Source of the DNA: Acidimicrobiales bacterium
Lineage (GTDB): Bacteria > Actinomycetota > Acidimicrobiia > Acidimicrobiales > SZUA-35
Direction: 5' to 3'
Length of the DNA stretch: 64,000 bases
Assembly: GCA_050330635.1 (NCBI GenBank)
Contig: JBHJNQ010000024.1
Coordinates: forward strand, 38,374-102,373
Made by a program: the position numbers and the translations under genes. Shown piece by piece: positions 55,276 to 64,000 of the stretch (position 1 is its first letter; each line of letters opens with the position of its first letter). The notes beneath the pieces are model-generated. The model had not been told where the DNA came from and did not search any database. It was given only the letters and a program-made list of their open reading frames with translations.

Positions 55276-56400
55276 ATGGCTGACCGCATCGACCAGGCGA
55301 AGGTATCGGCACTGATGGACCGAGCGCGACGGGAGGTCGACGAGGGCCTCCTCCCGTCGGTCCAGGTGGCGTTGGCGCTCGACGGCGAGGTGATCGCCGA
55401 GGAGGTGTTCGGCGACGCCGACCTGAACACCCGCTACTGCATCTTCTCCGCCACCAAGCCGTTCGTGGCCTCGGTGATGTGGACGCTGATGGCCGACGGG
55501 ACGATCGACCCGTCCGACCGGGTGACCGAGTACTTCCCCGAGTTCGGGGCCGAGAGCAAGGGCGACATCACCATCGAGCAGGTGATGCTCCACACCTCCG
55601 GGTTCCCCCACGCGCCGATGGGTCCGCCCACGTGGAACGAGCGGGCCAGCCGCAAGCAGAAGATGGCGTCGTGGCGGCTCAACTGGGAGCCTGGCACCCG
55701 CTACGAGTACCACCCCACGGCGGCCCACTGGGTGCTGGCCGAGATCATCGACACCGTCACCGGGCAAGACTACCGCGACGTCGTCGAGGAGCGGATCACG
55801 ACCCCGGCCGGGCTGCCCCGCATCGTCGGCATCCCCCGCGACGCCCAGGACGACATCGCCGACCTCCGGCTGGTGGGCGAACCGGCCACACCCGACGAGC
55901 TCGAGGCGGCGTTCGGGGTGCGGGAGCTGCCGTCGACCGAGGTCACCGACGATGTGGTGCTCCGTTTCAACGACCCGGAGCAACGGGAGGTCGGCGTGCC
56001 CGGCGGTGGCGGGTTCGCCCGGGCCCGTGACCTGGCCCTGTTCTACCAGCAGCTGCTCCACAACTCGGCCGGGATCTGGGACGACGCCATCCTGGCCGAC
56101 GCCACCGGCAACGTCCGCAACACCCTGCCCGACCCGTTCGGGGTGCCGGCCAACCGCTCCCTCGGTCTGATCCTGGCCGGCGACGACGGCAAGTCGAACC
56201 TGCGGGGTCTCGGCCGCACCGTGTCGCCGGGGGCGTTCGGCCACAACGGGGCCGGCGGCCAGCTGGCATGGGCCGACCCCGCCACCGGGCTGTCGCTCGG
56301 CTACGTCACCAACGGCTACGACCGCCACGAGGTCCGTCAGCCCCGGCGCGACACCTCGGTCGCCAGCATCGCCGCCGAGTGCGCCAGCCCCCTCGATTGA
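55276..56400 (+). CDS. Serine hydrolase (beta-lactamase/class C esterase family)
   Basis: SxxK motif FSATKPF, YEYH (Tyr motif), HNGAGG (KTG-like region). Confidence 0.88.
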   Translation: MADRIDQAKVSALMDRARREVDEGLLPSVQVALALDGEVIAEEVFGDADLNTRYCIFSATKPFVASVMWTLMADGTIDPSDRVTEYFPEFGAESKGDITIEQVMLHTSGFPHAPMGPPTWNERASRKQKMASWRLNWEPGTRYEYHPTAAHWVLAEIIDTVTGQDYRDVVEERITTPAGLPRIVGIPRDAQDDIADLRLVGEPATPDELEAAFGVRELPSTEVTDDVVLRFNDPEQREVGVPGGGGFARARDLALFYQQLLHNSAGIWDDAILADATGNVRNTLPDPFGVPANRSLGLILAGDDGKSNLRGLGRTVSPGAFGHNGAGGQLAWADPATGLSLGYVTNGYDRHEVRQPRRDTSVASIAAECASPLD

Positions 56401-56470
56401 GGGCAGACGACCGCGGTCGTAGCTCGGTGAGGACCCTGGGCTGCCGACGGTGTCACCGGGCCCCGGCTGG

Positions 56471-57423
56471 TCACATCTCGACGACCACCTTGCCGACGGC
56501 ACGGCCGTCGCCGACGTAGGCCAGGGCCTCGGCCACGTCGTCGAGGCCGAAGGTGCGGTCTATGTGGACGTCGAGTTCGCCGGCGACACAGAGATCGGCC
56601 ACGGGAGTGAAGTGCTCGGGCCCGGCCCGCACGGCCAGCACACCGAGGCGTCGACCGGTCAGCCGGCCGACGGCGGTGCCGATCGTGGCCACCTGGAGCA
56701 GCGTCGACACCGACCCGCCGACGCAGCGGTAGCGCCCACCGGGGGCCACGATCCGGCGGTAGGCGACGACCGATCGGTAAGCCACGAGATCGAGCACGAG
56801 GTCGTATCGCTGACCGGCGGCCGTGACGTCGGTCCGGCGGTGGTCGATCACTGCGTCGGCCCCCAGCGATGTCATGTGGGCGAGCTTGCCGGCGTTGTCG
56901 ACGCCGGTCACGTGGGCTCCCGCCCGCTTGGCCAGCTGGATGGCGAACGATCCCGAACCCCCGCCGCCCCGTTGACGAGCACCCGGTCACCGGCGGTGGC
57001 GCCTGCCGTTCCCTGGAGGGCGATCGGGCCGGCCTGGGGGATGGTCGACGCCTCGGCGAACGTCAGCTCCGCCGGTTTCGGGGCGAGCACCGTCTCCGGA
57101 GCGATGGCGTACCGGGCGAACCCGCCCTTGAGGCCGAGGTTGTCGCCGTACACCTCGTCGCCGACCCGAAAGGGGGTGACGGCCTCACCGACGGCCTCGA
57201 CCCATCCGGCGATGTCCGAACCCAACGTGGGACGGGCCGGCCTGCGCAACCCACCGATCCGGGCGTAGAGCGGCGACCCGGTGAGGCACTCCCAGTCCGA
57301 CAGGTTGACCGAAGTCGTCACCACCCGGACCAAGACCTCCCCGGAACCCGGCGACGGGACCGGCACCTCCACCGACCGCAGGACCTCCGGCCCGCCGTAG
57401 CGGTCGTGGACGATCGCCCGCAT
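56471..57423 (-). pseudogene. Zinc-type/MDR quinone oxidoreductase, frameshifted in the Gly-rich NAD(P) motif
   Basis: The N-terminal half (MRAIVHDRYGGPEVL...VLVNGAAG) and C-terminal half (GSGSFAIQLAKRAGAHVTGVD...GKVVVEM) are in different frames. The junction lies at the C runs 56958-56970. Confidence 0.65.
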
Positions 57424-57452
57424 GGCCCGCGGGACCGCCCCGGCCACGTCGC

Positions 57453-59069
57453 TCAGCCGAACGAGGGGAAGCTCACGGTAGGGTCCCGCGCCACCTGGGC
57501 CACGAGCGCCACCTCCCACGTGAGGTATTCCTGCATCCGTTGCCTCGCCACGTCGGCGTCGTGGTCGTAGGGCTTGTACCAGACGTCGTCGGCGATCGTG
57601 GTCGGCCGACCGGGGCCCTGTTCCATCTCGTAGCCGGCGTGACGCCACCCCTTGTTGCCGGCGGCCAGGGCGAACACCTCGGCGTGGGGCCACAACGCGG
57701 CGACCTCGGCCACCGCCAGCTTGGCCAGGGTGCCGTCGGTGGACGTCAGCACGATCGTCGGCTTCTCCCCGATCGTGATCCTGGCGTCGCCCAGGCGACT
57801 CCGGATCCCCCACCACGAGCCGGGGATGTGACCCCGGTTCTGGTACTTGGTGCTGGTGCCGATGTCGACCACGGCGATCGAGTCGGCGTCGGCGTCGAGG
57901 CGGGTGGCCAGCTCCGGCGGTCGCATCATGGGCGCCGTCACCCGGGCCAGGTCGTTGCGGGCCACCTTGCCCTTGGCCAGGGCGCCGGTGACGTTCGGGC
58001 CGCCGATACCCCCGGCCAGGACGACGGCGTCGGACCAGCCCAGCTGGCGGAGCCACGACGCCGTCATCGTGGCCCGCACCCCGTTGTCGTCGACGAGGAC
58101 GAGCCGGGCGTTGCGGGTGGCCACGTACTCGTCGGTGGCCTGCACGAGCTGGCCGCCCGGGGCGTGGACGCTGCCCGGCAGGTGTCCGGCCTCGAACTCG
58201 GCATCGGTCCTGACGTCGAGCAGGTAGGTGGTGCGGTGCTCGTCAGCCGACCACTCGTCGAGCGTGGCCCGATCGATCTCGACCACCCCGAACCGCTCCG
58301 CCACCCGGCGGGCCGCCGACGACGACCACGCCGCCGCCTCCGGTCCGGGGTCGGGGGCGTGGGTCTCGTCGCCCGACGCCGGCTCGAACCCGGCGAGCTG
58401 CCAGCCCATGGTGCCGTTCTCCAACGCCAGCACCCGGTTCTCGAGGCCGGCGTTGATGAGCGACTGGGCCCCGATGATGCTACGGGTGCGACCGGCGCAG
58501 TTGACGACGACCGTGGTGTCGGGGTCGGTCACCACCTCCTTGACCCGGTAGACGAGCTCGGCTCCCGGGCAGTCGATGCCGGTGGGAATGCTCTGACGGC
58601 GGAACTCGCCCATCGGTCGGGAGTCGAGCACGACGACGGGCGACCCGTCGTCGAGCAACCGTTGCAGTTCGGTGGCCGAGATGTGGGGGGTCCCGAAGGT
58701 GGTCTCGACCAGCTCGCCGAAGGCCTTGGACGGGACGTTGATCCCCGAGTACAGCTCGTAGCCGGCCCGGGCCCACGACTCGATCCCGCCCGACAGGACC
58801 CACACGTCGGTCCAGCCGAGCTCGATCGAGCGGTCGGCGGCCCGGCGGGCCAGCTCCGAGGCGCCGTCGCACCACACCAGCCGGGTCGAGCGGCGCGGCA
58901 CGAGACGATCGAGCAACAACTCGAGATGCGACAGGGGCAGCGATGCGGCGTGGAACAGGTGGGCCTCGCTGAACGAGCCCTGCTCGCGGGCGTCGAGGAG
59001 GGCGAGCTCGTCGCCGTCGGTCAGCCAGCCGGCCAGCTCGGCGGCCGTGACCGCCTTTGGCCCGGTCAA
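57453..59069 (-). CDS. Multi-rhodanese-domain sulfurtransferase (4 rhodanese-like repeats)
   Basis: Repeated rhodanese modules with an active-site loop VVVNCAGRTRS. TTG start overlaps the upstream stop (TTGA). Confidence 0.85.
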   Translation of the reverse strand: MTGPKAVTAAELAGWLTDGDELALLDAREQGSFSEAHLFHAASLPLSHLELLLDRLVPRRSTRLVWCDGASELARRAADRSIELGWTDVWVLSGGIESWARAGYELYSGINVPSKAFGELVETTFGTPHISATELQRLLDDGSPVVVLDSRPMGEFRRQSIPTGIDCPGAELVYRVKEVVTDPDTTVVVNCAGRTRSIIGAQSLINAGLENRVLALENGTMGWQLAGFEPASGDETHAPDPGPEAAAWSSSAARRVAERFGVVEIDRATLDEWSADEHRTTYLLDVRTDAEFEAGHLPGSVHAPGGQLVQATDEYVATRNARLVLVDDNGVRATMTASWLRQLGWSDAVVLAGGIGGPNVTGALAKGKVARNDLARVTAPMMRPPELATRLDADADSIAVVDIGTSTKYQNRGHIPGSWWGIRSRLGDARITIGEKPTIVLTSTDGTLAKLAVAEVAALWPHAEVFALAAGNKGWRHAGYEMEQGPGRPTTIADDVWYKPYDHDADVARQRMQEYLTWEVALVAQVARDPTVSFPSFG

Positions 59070-59647
59070 CAGGAGGCGAGGCCGGAGCGGGCCTCGCGGA
59101 TGTCGCCGTGGGCGTTGAAGACCCGCCACTCACCCCGCTTGCCGTCAAAGAACACCCGCTCGTCGAGCCGCTCGAGGGCCAGGCCGTAGCAGTGGAAGTT
59201 GAGGGCCGGCCCGTCGATGTGGATCGAGTGGAGGTCGTCGGGCAGCATCGCAACCCCGGTGCCGGCCTCGACCATGTGCTCGTGGGTCTGGGTCACCCCG
59301 TCGTCGCTGCGGCGGTAGAACCGGTTGAGCTCCTGACCCTCGAAGCCGACGACGACCGCCCACGTCGTGTGGTTGTGGGCCGGGGTGCCGACCCCGCCGC
59401 GCGAGGCGTTGGCGTAGAGGGCGAACCGGTCGTCGGGGTCCTGCGACAGCCGGTAGAGGCAGCTCTTCAGCTGGTCGTCATCACCGGGCGGGGGGTAGGC
59501 GTCGAGGGAGAACAACGACCGGTCAGCCGTCAGCTCGAGGAGGCGGTCGCGGATCCGCTCCACCGCGTCCCTGGTGACCCCATGGGTGGCTTCGATGGTC
59601 CGGATGTCGGCCATCGTCGCCTCGATCGCTTCCGCTCGTTCCGACAT
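59066..59647 (-). CDS. Cupin-fold cysteine-dioxygenase-like protein
   Basis: GTPAHNHTTWAVVVGFEG...LHSIH metal-binding His pattern typical of CDO type I-like cupins. Coupled to the rhodanese gene. Confidence 0.75.
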   Translation of the reverse strand: MSERAEAIEATMADIRTIEATHGVTRDAVERIRDRLLELTADRSLFSLDAYPPPGDDDQLKSCLYRLSQDPDDRFALYANASRGGVGTPAHNHTTWAVVVGFEGQELNRFYRRSDDGVTQTHEHMVEAGTGVAMLPDDLHSIHIDGPALNFHCYGLALERLDERVFFDGKRGEWRVFNAHGDIREARSGLASC

Positions 59648-59682
59648 GGACCAAGCCTAGGTGGCCGCCTCCACCCGGTCAC

Positions 59683-60486
59683 ATGCAGACTGTGGTCATG
59701 ACCACGACCGACGATGCCCAGGCCACCGCCAACCGGTTCCTGACCCGGCGGCCCCCGACCTTCGACTCGGTCGAGGAGGAGCGGCGGCACTCGCTGGAGC
59801 GGCTGGCGGGCGTGTGCCGGGTGTTCGGCCGCGCCGGGTTCTCCGAGGGCCTCCTCGGCCATGTGACGGTGCGCGACCCCGAGTACCACGACCGGCTGTG
59901 GGCCAACCCGCTCGGGGTCTCGTTCAATCGGATCCGGGTGTCCGACCTGGTCCAGGCCGACCACGAGGGCAACATCCTCGTCGGCGACCGCCCGGTCAAC
60001 CCCATCGGTCTCCTGCTCCACGCCGCCGTCCACCGGGCCCGGCCCGAGATCTCCGCGGTGTGCCACGCCCACTCGACGTACGGGTCGGCGTGGTCGACGT
60101 TCGGCCGCCCACTCCAGCCCCTCACCCAGGACATGTGCGTCTTCCACGAGGATCAGGCGGTGATCACCGAACCCCGGATCGCCATGAACGCCGAGCAGGC
60201 CGACCAGTTCGCCGCCGCCTTCGGCGACAAGAAGGTGGCGATCCAGACGGGTCACGGACTCTTCACCACGGGGCGGACCGTCGACGAGGCGGCCTGGTGG
60301 TTCATCGGTCTCGACAAGGCGTGCCACGTTCAGCTCCTGGCCCAGGCGGCGGGGACACCCGAAGAGTGGCCTCACGAGGCGGCCCTCGGCACCCGTCGCG
60401 GCCTCGGGAGCCCGGAGTTCGGGTGGTTGTCGTTCCAGCCGCTGTGGGACGAACTCGTCGAGTCGGACCCCGACCTGTTCGACTGA
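59683..60486 (+). CDS. Class II aldolase/adducin family protein (alternative start 59698)
   Basis: GHVTVRD..., ...AVCHAHSTYG..., GHGLFTTGRTVDEA. Confidence 0.88.
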   Translation: MQTVVMTTTDDAQATANRFLTRRPPTFDSVEEERRHSLERLAGVCRVFGRAGFSEGLLGHVTVRDPEYHDRLWANPLGVSFNRIRVSDLVQADHEGNILVGDRPVNPIGLLLHAAVHRARPEISAVCHAHSTYGSAWSTFGRPLQPLTQDMCVFHEDQAVITEPRIAMNAEQADQFAAAFGDKKVAIQTGHGLFTTGRTVDEAAWWFIGLDKACHVQLLAQAAGTPEEWPHEAALGTRRGLGSPEFGWLSFQPLWDELVESDPDLFD

Positions 60487-60532
60487 CCAGCTGCTCCCGG
60501 CCGGGGCTCGGTCCCCAGCCGGCGGCTCCGGA

Positions 60533-61672
60533 TCAGGCCGGGACGGGAAGCTTGGCCACGTCGATGTTGTAGAGGTCGACGACGTTTCCCCACACCATGC
60601 GCTCGCGTTCGGCGTCGGGCACGCCCTTCATGATCCGGTCGAGGATCGGGATCGAGTTGGGCCAGATGGCGTCGTGGTGGGGATAGTCGTTGCCCCACAC
60701 CAGGTTGCCGACGCCGATGAGCTCACGGGTGAGGATGCCGGCCTCGTCGTCCTCGAACGTGACCCAGAAGTTCCGGTCGAAGTACTCCGACGGCTTCAGG
60801 GTCAGGTAGTCGACGGCGTACTTCGGGGTGCGGTAGATGGCATGGTCGAACCGCTGCTTGAAGTGGGCCACCCATCCCGTCTCGAACTCGGCCAACACGA
60901 ACTTGAGCTTGGGGAACCGCTCCACCACCCCACCGCAGATCAGATCCATCACGGTGTTGGCCACCGTGGTGTGAGCCAGCGTGTAGCCCTTGATGGTGCC
61001 ACCGGGCGTGCCCCAGTGGGCGGGCAGGCCGCAGTCGAAGGTCGTGCCGGTGAAGATGTGCATCGTGATCGGCAGGTCCATCTCGGAGAACTCGGCCCAC
61101 AGTGGGTCGTACACCGGGTCGGCGTAGCTCTTCTCGATGGGGGCATGCGACGGGATGGCGAAGCCCCGGACACCCTTCGCACCGGCCCGGCGGATCTCCT
61201 TCACGCAGGCGTCGACGTCGGGCACGGGGAGGCAGCCGATCCCGATGAGCCGCTCGGGGGCCGGGGTGCAGTAGTCGAACACCCAGTCGTTGTGACGTTC
61301 GAAGGCCGCCGTGCGCACCTCGTCGTCGGGGAGGGCGAAGGTGAACATCGACAAGCTCGGGTACATGACCTCGCCCACGATCCCGTCGCGCTCCTGCTCG
61401 GCCAGACGCTGGTTCGAGTCGCGGACGCCGGGGTTGAGGCCCTCGTAGCCCTGGGCGATCAGCTCGTCGGTCTTCGGGTCGTCGAGCCGGTTGCCGGCGA
61501 TGCCGAGACGACCGACCGGAATGGGTCGGTTGCCGGGCATGACGAGAAAGTCGCCCCGGTGGCCGTTGATGTTGCTCTCGATGCGCGGTGCCTTGGAGCC
61601 GAAGCGCTCCTCCAAGCCCTCGAACACCTCCCGAGCCTCGACGACGTGGGAATCGCAGGAATAGTGGCGCAT
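60533..61672 (-). CDS. Amidohydrolase-2 family (ACMSD-like decarboxylase/hydrolase)
   Basis: Starts MRHYSCDSHV (HxH-type metal site), ...MHIF..., WGNDYPHHD. Confidence 0.88.
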   Translation of the reverse strand: MRHYSCDSHVVEAREVFEGLEERFGSKAPRIESNINGHRGDFLVMPGNRPIPVGRLGIAGNRLDDPKTDELIAQGYEGLNPGVRDSNQRLAEQERDGIVGEVMYPSLSMFTFALPDDEVRTAAFERHNDWVFDYCTPAPERLIGIGCLPVPDVDACVKEIRRAGAKGVRGFAIPSHAPIEKSYADPVYDPLWAEFSEMDLPITMHIFTGTTFDCGLPAHWGTPGGTIKGYTLAHTTVANTVMDLICGGVVERFPKLKFVLAEFETGWVAHFKQRFDHAIYRTPKYAVDYLTLKPSEYFDRNFWVTFEDDEAGILTRELIGVGNLVWGNDYPHHDAIWPNSIPILDRIMKGVPDAERERMVWGNVVDLYNIDVAKLPVPA

Positions 61673-61786
61673 GGCGGATCTCCAGTGGATGTGGTTTCCC
61701 TGGCGCCACGTTAGGCGCGGCATCCCTGTCCAGTGAAGCCGGGATGGGCGGCGTCACCGGGGCCGGCGCCCGGCTCATGTAAGCGC

Positions 61787-62782
61787 TCAGTAGCCGAGCT
61801 GCTTGTCGACCACGCCCTCGAACGGCTCGCCGCGTTGGGCCCGACGCAGGTTGTCGCAGAACCGGGCGACGTTGCGGGGGGCGCGGAGCTGACTGGCCCC
61901 GGCGGTGTGAGGGGTCATGGCGACATTGTCGAGGGTGAACAGGGGATGATCCCTGGGCAGCGGCTCGCCGGGGGCGACGTCGAGGGCGGCGCCCCCGAGA
62001 TGGCCCGACTCGAGCGCCCGCACCAGGGCGTCGCCGTCGATGACCTCGCCCCGGGTCACGTTGACCAGGTAGGCGCCGGGGCGCATGGCGGCCAACACGT
62101 CGTCGCCGAACAGCTGGTCGGTCTCGGGGGTAAGGGGGCAGCAGATGGCGACGACATCGGACTGGGCCAGCAGGTCGGCGAGCCGGCTGGCGGGCCACAC
62201 CTCGGCCACCCCGTGATCGCCGGGCGACGGGAACTCGTCGACGGCGATCGTGTTCATCCCGAACGCCACCGCCCGCTTGGCCATGGCCCGGCCGGTGCCG
62301 CCGAAGCCGACGACGCCCATGGTGAGCCCCTCGAGTTCGATCTCCTTCATCCGCATCTCGACCCGGTGGTCCCAGGCGTCGGGCCCGTGCTTGATGGCGC
62401 TGTGGATCTGGCGGGTCAGGGCCAGGAGCAGACCGAAACCGGTGTCGGCCAGGTGGCCGCCCACGAGCCCCTTCTCCCCGGTGAGGATCACGTCGCTGGC
62501 CACGAACTCGGGGAACATCAGCGAGTCGACGCCGGAGGCGATGGCGTGGAGCCAGCGCAGCTTCGGGGTGGCGGCGAACAGCCGCTCGTTGAGGATGCCG
62601 AGGATGATCTCGACATCAGCCGCCATCGCCGATGCCTCCTTCATGCCCTTGGCCACCTGGATGGTCGACCCGTCGGGGGCGGCGGCGGTGACGTCGGCCA
62701 GGAACTCGGGTTTGACCTCGGGCATGGTGAGACCCTCGATCAGCAGGATGTTGGTAGGGCCGTCGAGTGGGATGGTCGTCAT
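61787..62782 (-). CDS. D-isomer-specific 2-hydroxyacid dehydrogenase
   Basis: GVVGFGGTGRAMAKRA NAD motif, NVTRGEVID, the MTPHTAG catalytic His region. Confidence 0.9.
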   Translation of the reverse strand: MTTIPLDGPTNILLIEGLTMPEVKPEFLADVTAAAPDGSTIQVAKGMKEASAMAADVEIILGILNERLFAATPKLRWLHAIASGVDSLMFPEFVASDVILTGEKGLVGGHLADTGFGLLLALTRQIHSAIKHGPDAWDHRVEMRMKEIELEGLTMGVVGFGGTGRAMAKRAVAFGMNTIAVDEFPSPGDHGVAEVWPASRLADLLAQSDVVAICCPLTPETDQLFGDDVLAAMRPGAYLVNVTRGEVIDGDALVRALESGHLGGAALDVAPGEPLPRDHPLFTLDNVAMTPHTAGASQLRAPRNVARFCDNLRRAQRGEPFEGVVDKQLGY

Positions 62783-62963
62783 GGCTGCCTCCACGGGCGA
62801 GGGTCGGGTCGACGTCGGGTGGGCGGGGGCGGCGATGCAGCCTCGACTGCCGGCGCCCGTCGATCCACCCCGGCCGTGACCGTACTGTGGCCGCCGACAC
62901 AGCCGCCAATGACGATCCCGTCAGCCGGGCACCCGATCGACGGGTGGTCGTAGGCTGACGGCG

Positions 62964-64000
62964 ATGGCGGAGCACCGACGAGATTTCCTGTTGCCGGCCG
63001 AGGAGGGGATCGACGACGGTGGCGTCGTCATCCTCGAGTGGCTGGTGGCCGTCGGGGAGCGGCTGACGGTCAACCGGCCGGTGTGCACGGTCAGCGGAGG
63101 TGGGGTTGCCCGCACACTGCTGTCGCCCTGCGCCGGCACGGTAGAGGCGCTCGGCGGCGATGTCGGTGACCGACTGCCACCCCGTGCCCTCGTGATCGGT
63201 GTGGCGTCACCCGGCGGGCCCGAGCCGGAGGCCGAGGCCGAGCCCGAGGCCGAGCCGCCCAACGGACGCGGGCCCGAAGCCGAGGCCGAGCCGCCCGACG
63301 GACGCGGGCCCGAGGCCGAGGCCGACCCGCCCGGCGGGCCCGAGCCGGGCGGCGGCCGGGACGCAGACGCGTCGCCGTTGGCGCGGCGACTGGCCGGGGA
63401 GTACGGCGTCGACCTCTCGACGGTCGAAGGCACCGGCGCCGGGGGCCTCGTCACCCGGGCCGACGTCCAGCGCCACGTCTTCGGCCCCGAGCACGGGCCG
63501 CCGTCCACCGCCGAGGGCGACGACGCCGCTGGGACCGGTTCGGCTACCGGTCCCGCCCCCGTCCCGGTAGCGGAGACCACGACCGAGCCCACACCCGCCG
63601 GTGACGTCGGCGCCATTCGGACGACCGGGTCAGCCACGGCCATCGGCGCCGCCGCGACGGTGCCGAGCTACTCGGTCACGGTCGAGGTCGAGTCGGGCCA
63701 GCTCGACCGGGCCGGACAGCGGCTCGGCGGCGCCGGGGGCCGGCCCGTGTCGCGGGCCGCTCTCCTTGCCCGCCTGGTCGTACCGGCCCTGGCCGACGGC
63801 GGCGGCGGCCCCGCATCAGTCGATGGGGGCCCGGGCGCAGTGGGAACGGGCGACCTCTCGGTCAGCTCGGTCGACGCCCACGGCGCGCCGTTCACCGCGG
63901 TCGTCCGCGCCGCCCACACCCTCAGCCTCGACGAGATCCACCGGGCGCTCCTCGCAGCCCCCGCCCCCGCCGGCCCGGCGGCCGATGACCGGCCACCGCC
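62964..64000 (+). CDS. E2 (dihydrolipoamide acyltransferase)-like protein, 3' end outside the window; the lipoyl-like domain lacks the lipoyl-lysine
   Basis: Open to the window end, so absent from the ORF track. Lipoyl-fold N-terminus (VILEWLVAVGERLTVNRPVCTVSGGGVARTLLSPCAGTV), PSBD (SPLARRLAGEYGVDLSTVEGTGAGGLVTRADV), then a divergent catalytic-domain start. Confidence 0.75.
   Translation, partial: MAEHRRDFLLPAEEGIDDGGVVILEWLVAVGERLTVNRPVCTVSGGGVARTLLSPCAGTVEALGGDVGDRLPPRALVIGVASPGGPEPEAEAEPEAEPPNGRGPEAEAEPPDGRGPEAEADPPGGPEPGGGRDADASPLARRLAGEYGVDLSTVEGTGAGGLVTRADVQRHVFGPEHGPPSTAEGDDAAGTGSATGPAPVPVAETTTEPTPAGDVGAIRTTGSATAIGAAATVPSYSVTVEVESGQLDRAGQRLGGAGGRPVSRAALLARLVVPALADGGGGPASVDGGPGAVGTGDLSVSSVDAHGAPFTAVVRAAHTLSLDEIHRALLAAPAPAGPAADDRPP
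63210..63350 (+). repeat. ~36-nt in-frame repeat in the E2 linker (GPEAEAEPP[N/D]GR x2-3)
   Basis: ggcccgaagccgaggccgagccgcccgacggacgcg and close variants, read directly. Confidence 0.7.

Noticed and set aside
55102-56502. The upstream part of the 673-aa minus ORF 54481..56502
   Set aside because: It is antisense to the well-supported serine hydrolase gene and has shadow-ORF composition. Only the PRC-barrel part (54481-55101), with RBS gagaggagg, is credible.

Overview
This is a high-GC (about 70%) bacterial chromosomal window. The gene content looks Actinomycetota-like (LLM/F420-type oxidoreductases, a DUF222/13E12-type remnant, hisE and hisG); that placement is inference only. I can support about 55 protein genes, one tRNA, several hairpins and many short tandem repeats. 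I saw no rRNA, CRISPR array or intact mobile element. Most of the window is ordinary metabolism: hypF(partial)CDE hydrogenase maturation, ugd plus an epimerase, gnd, tpx, dihydropyrimidinase, hisE, hisG, hisS, a rutA/rutB-like pair, MFS transporters, SDRs and amidohydrolases. The best candidate for a new system is at 37.8-44.7 kb. A cytoplasmic TPR-CHAT (caspase-like) protease lies divergent to a translationally coupled operon encoding a signal-less S8 subtilase with an (ANPVTF)x4 repeat linker, an ECF sigma factor and a 151-aa soluble partner. A membrane-anchored pentapeptide-repeat protein follows the CHAT gene. The arrangement resembles a CRISPR-independent version of the type III-E Craspase (TPR-CHAT)/Csx30/RpoE proteolysis-to-transcription switch. 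The second notable item is a tRNA-His with no encoded G-1, a G1:U72 pair and A73, directly upstream of an alphaproteobacterial-type HisRS. Other observations are a hyp cluster ending in a decayed hypB stub, three apparently frameshifted genes, an HD-GYP protein with an extracytoplasmic cadherin-like domain, a sigma-like/XRE-like divergent pair with palindromic operators, a lipoyl-lysine-less E2-like protein, and many intergenic tandem repeats that contain the stop codon of the adjacent gene. Start codons are inferred from frame, RBS and homology recalled from memory. No database search was run.
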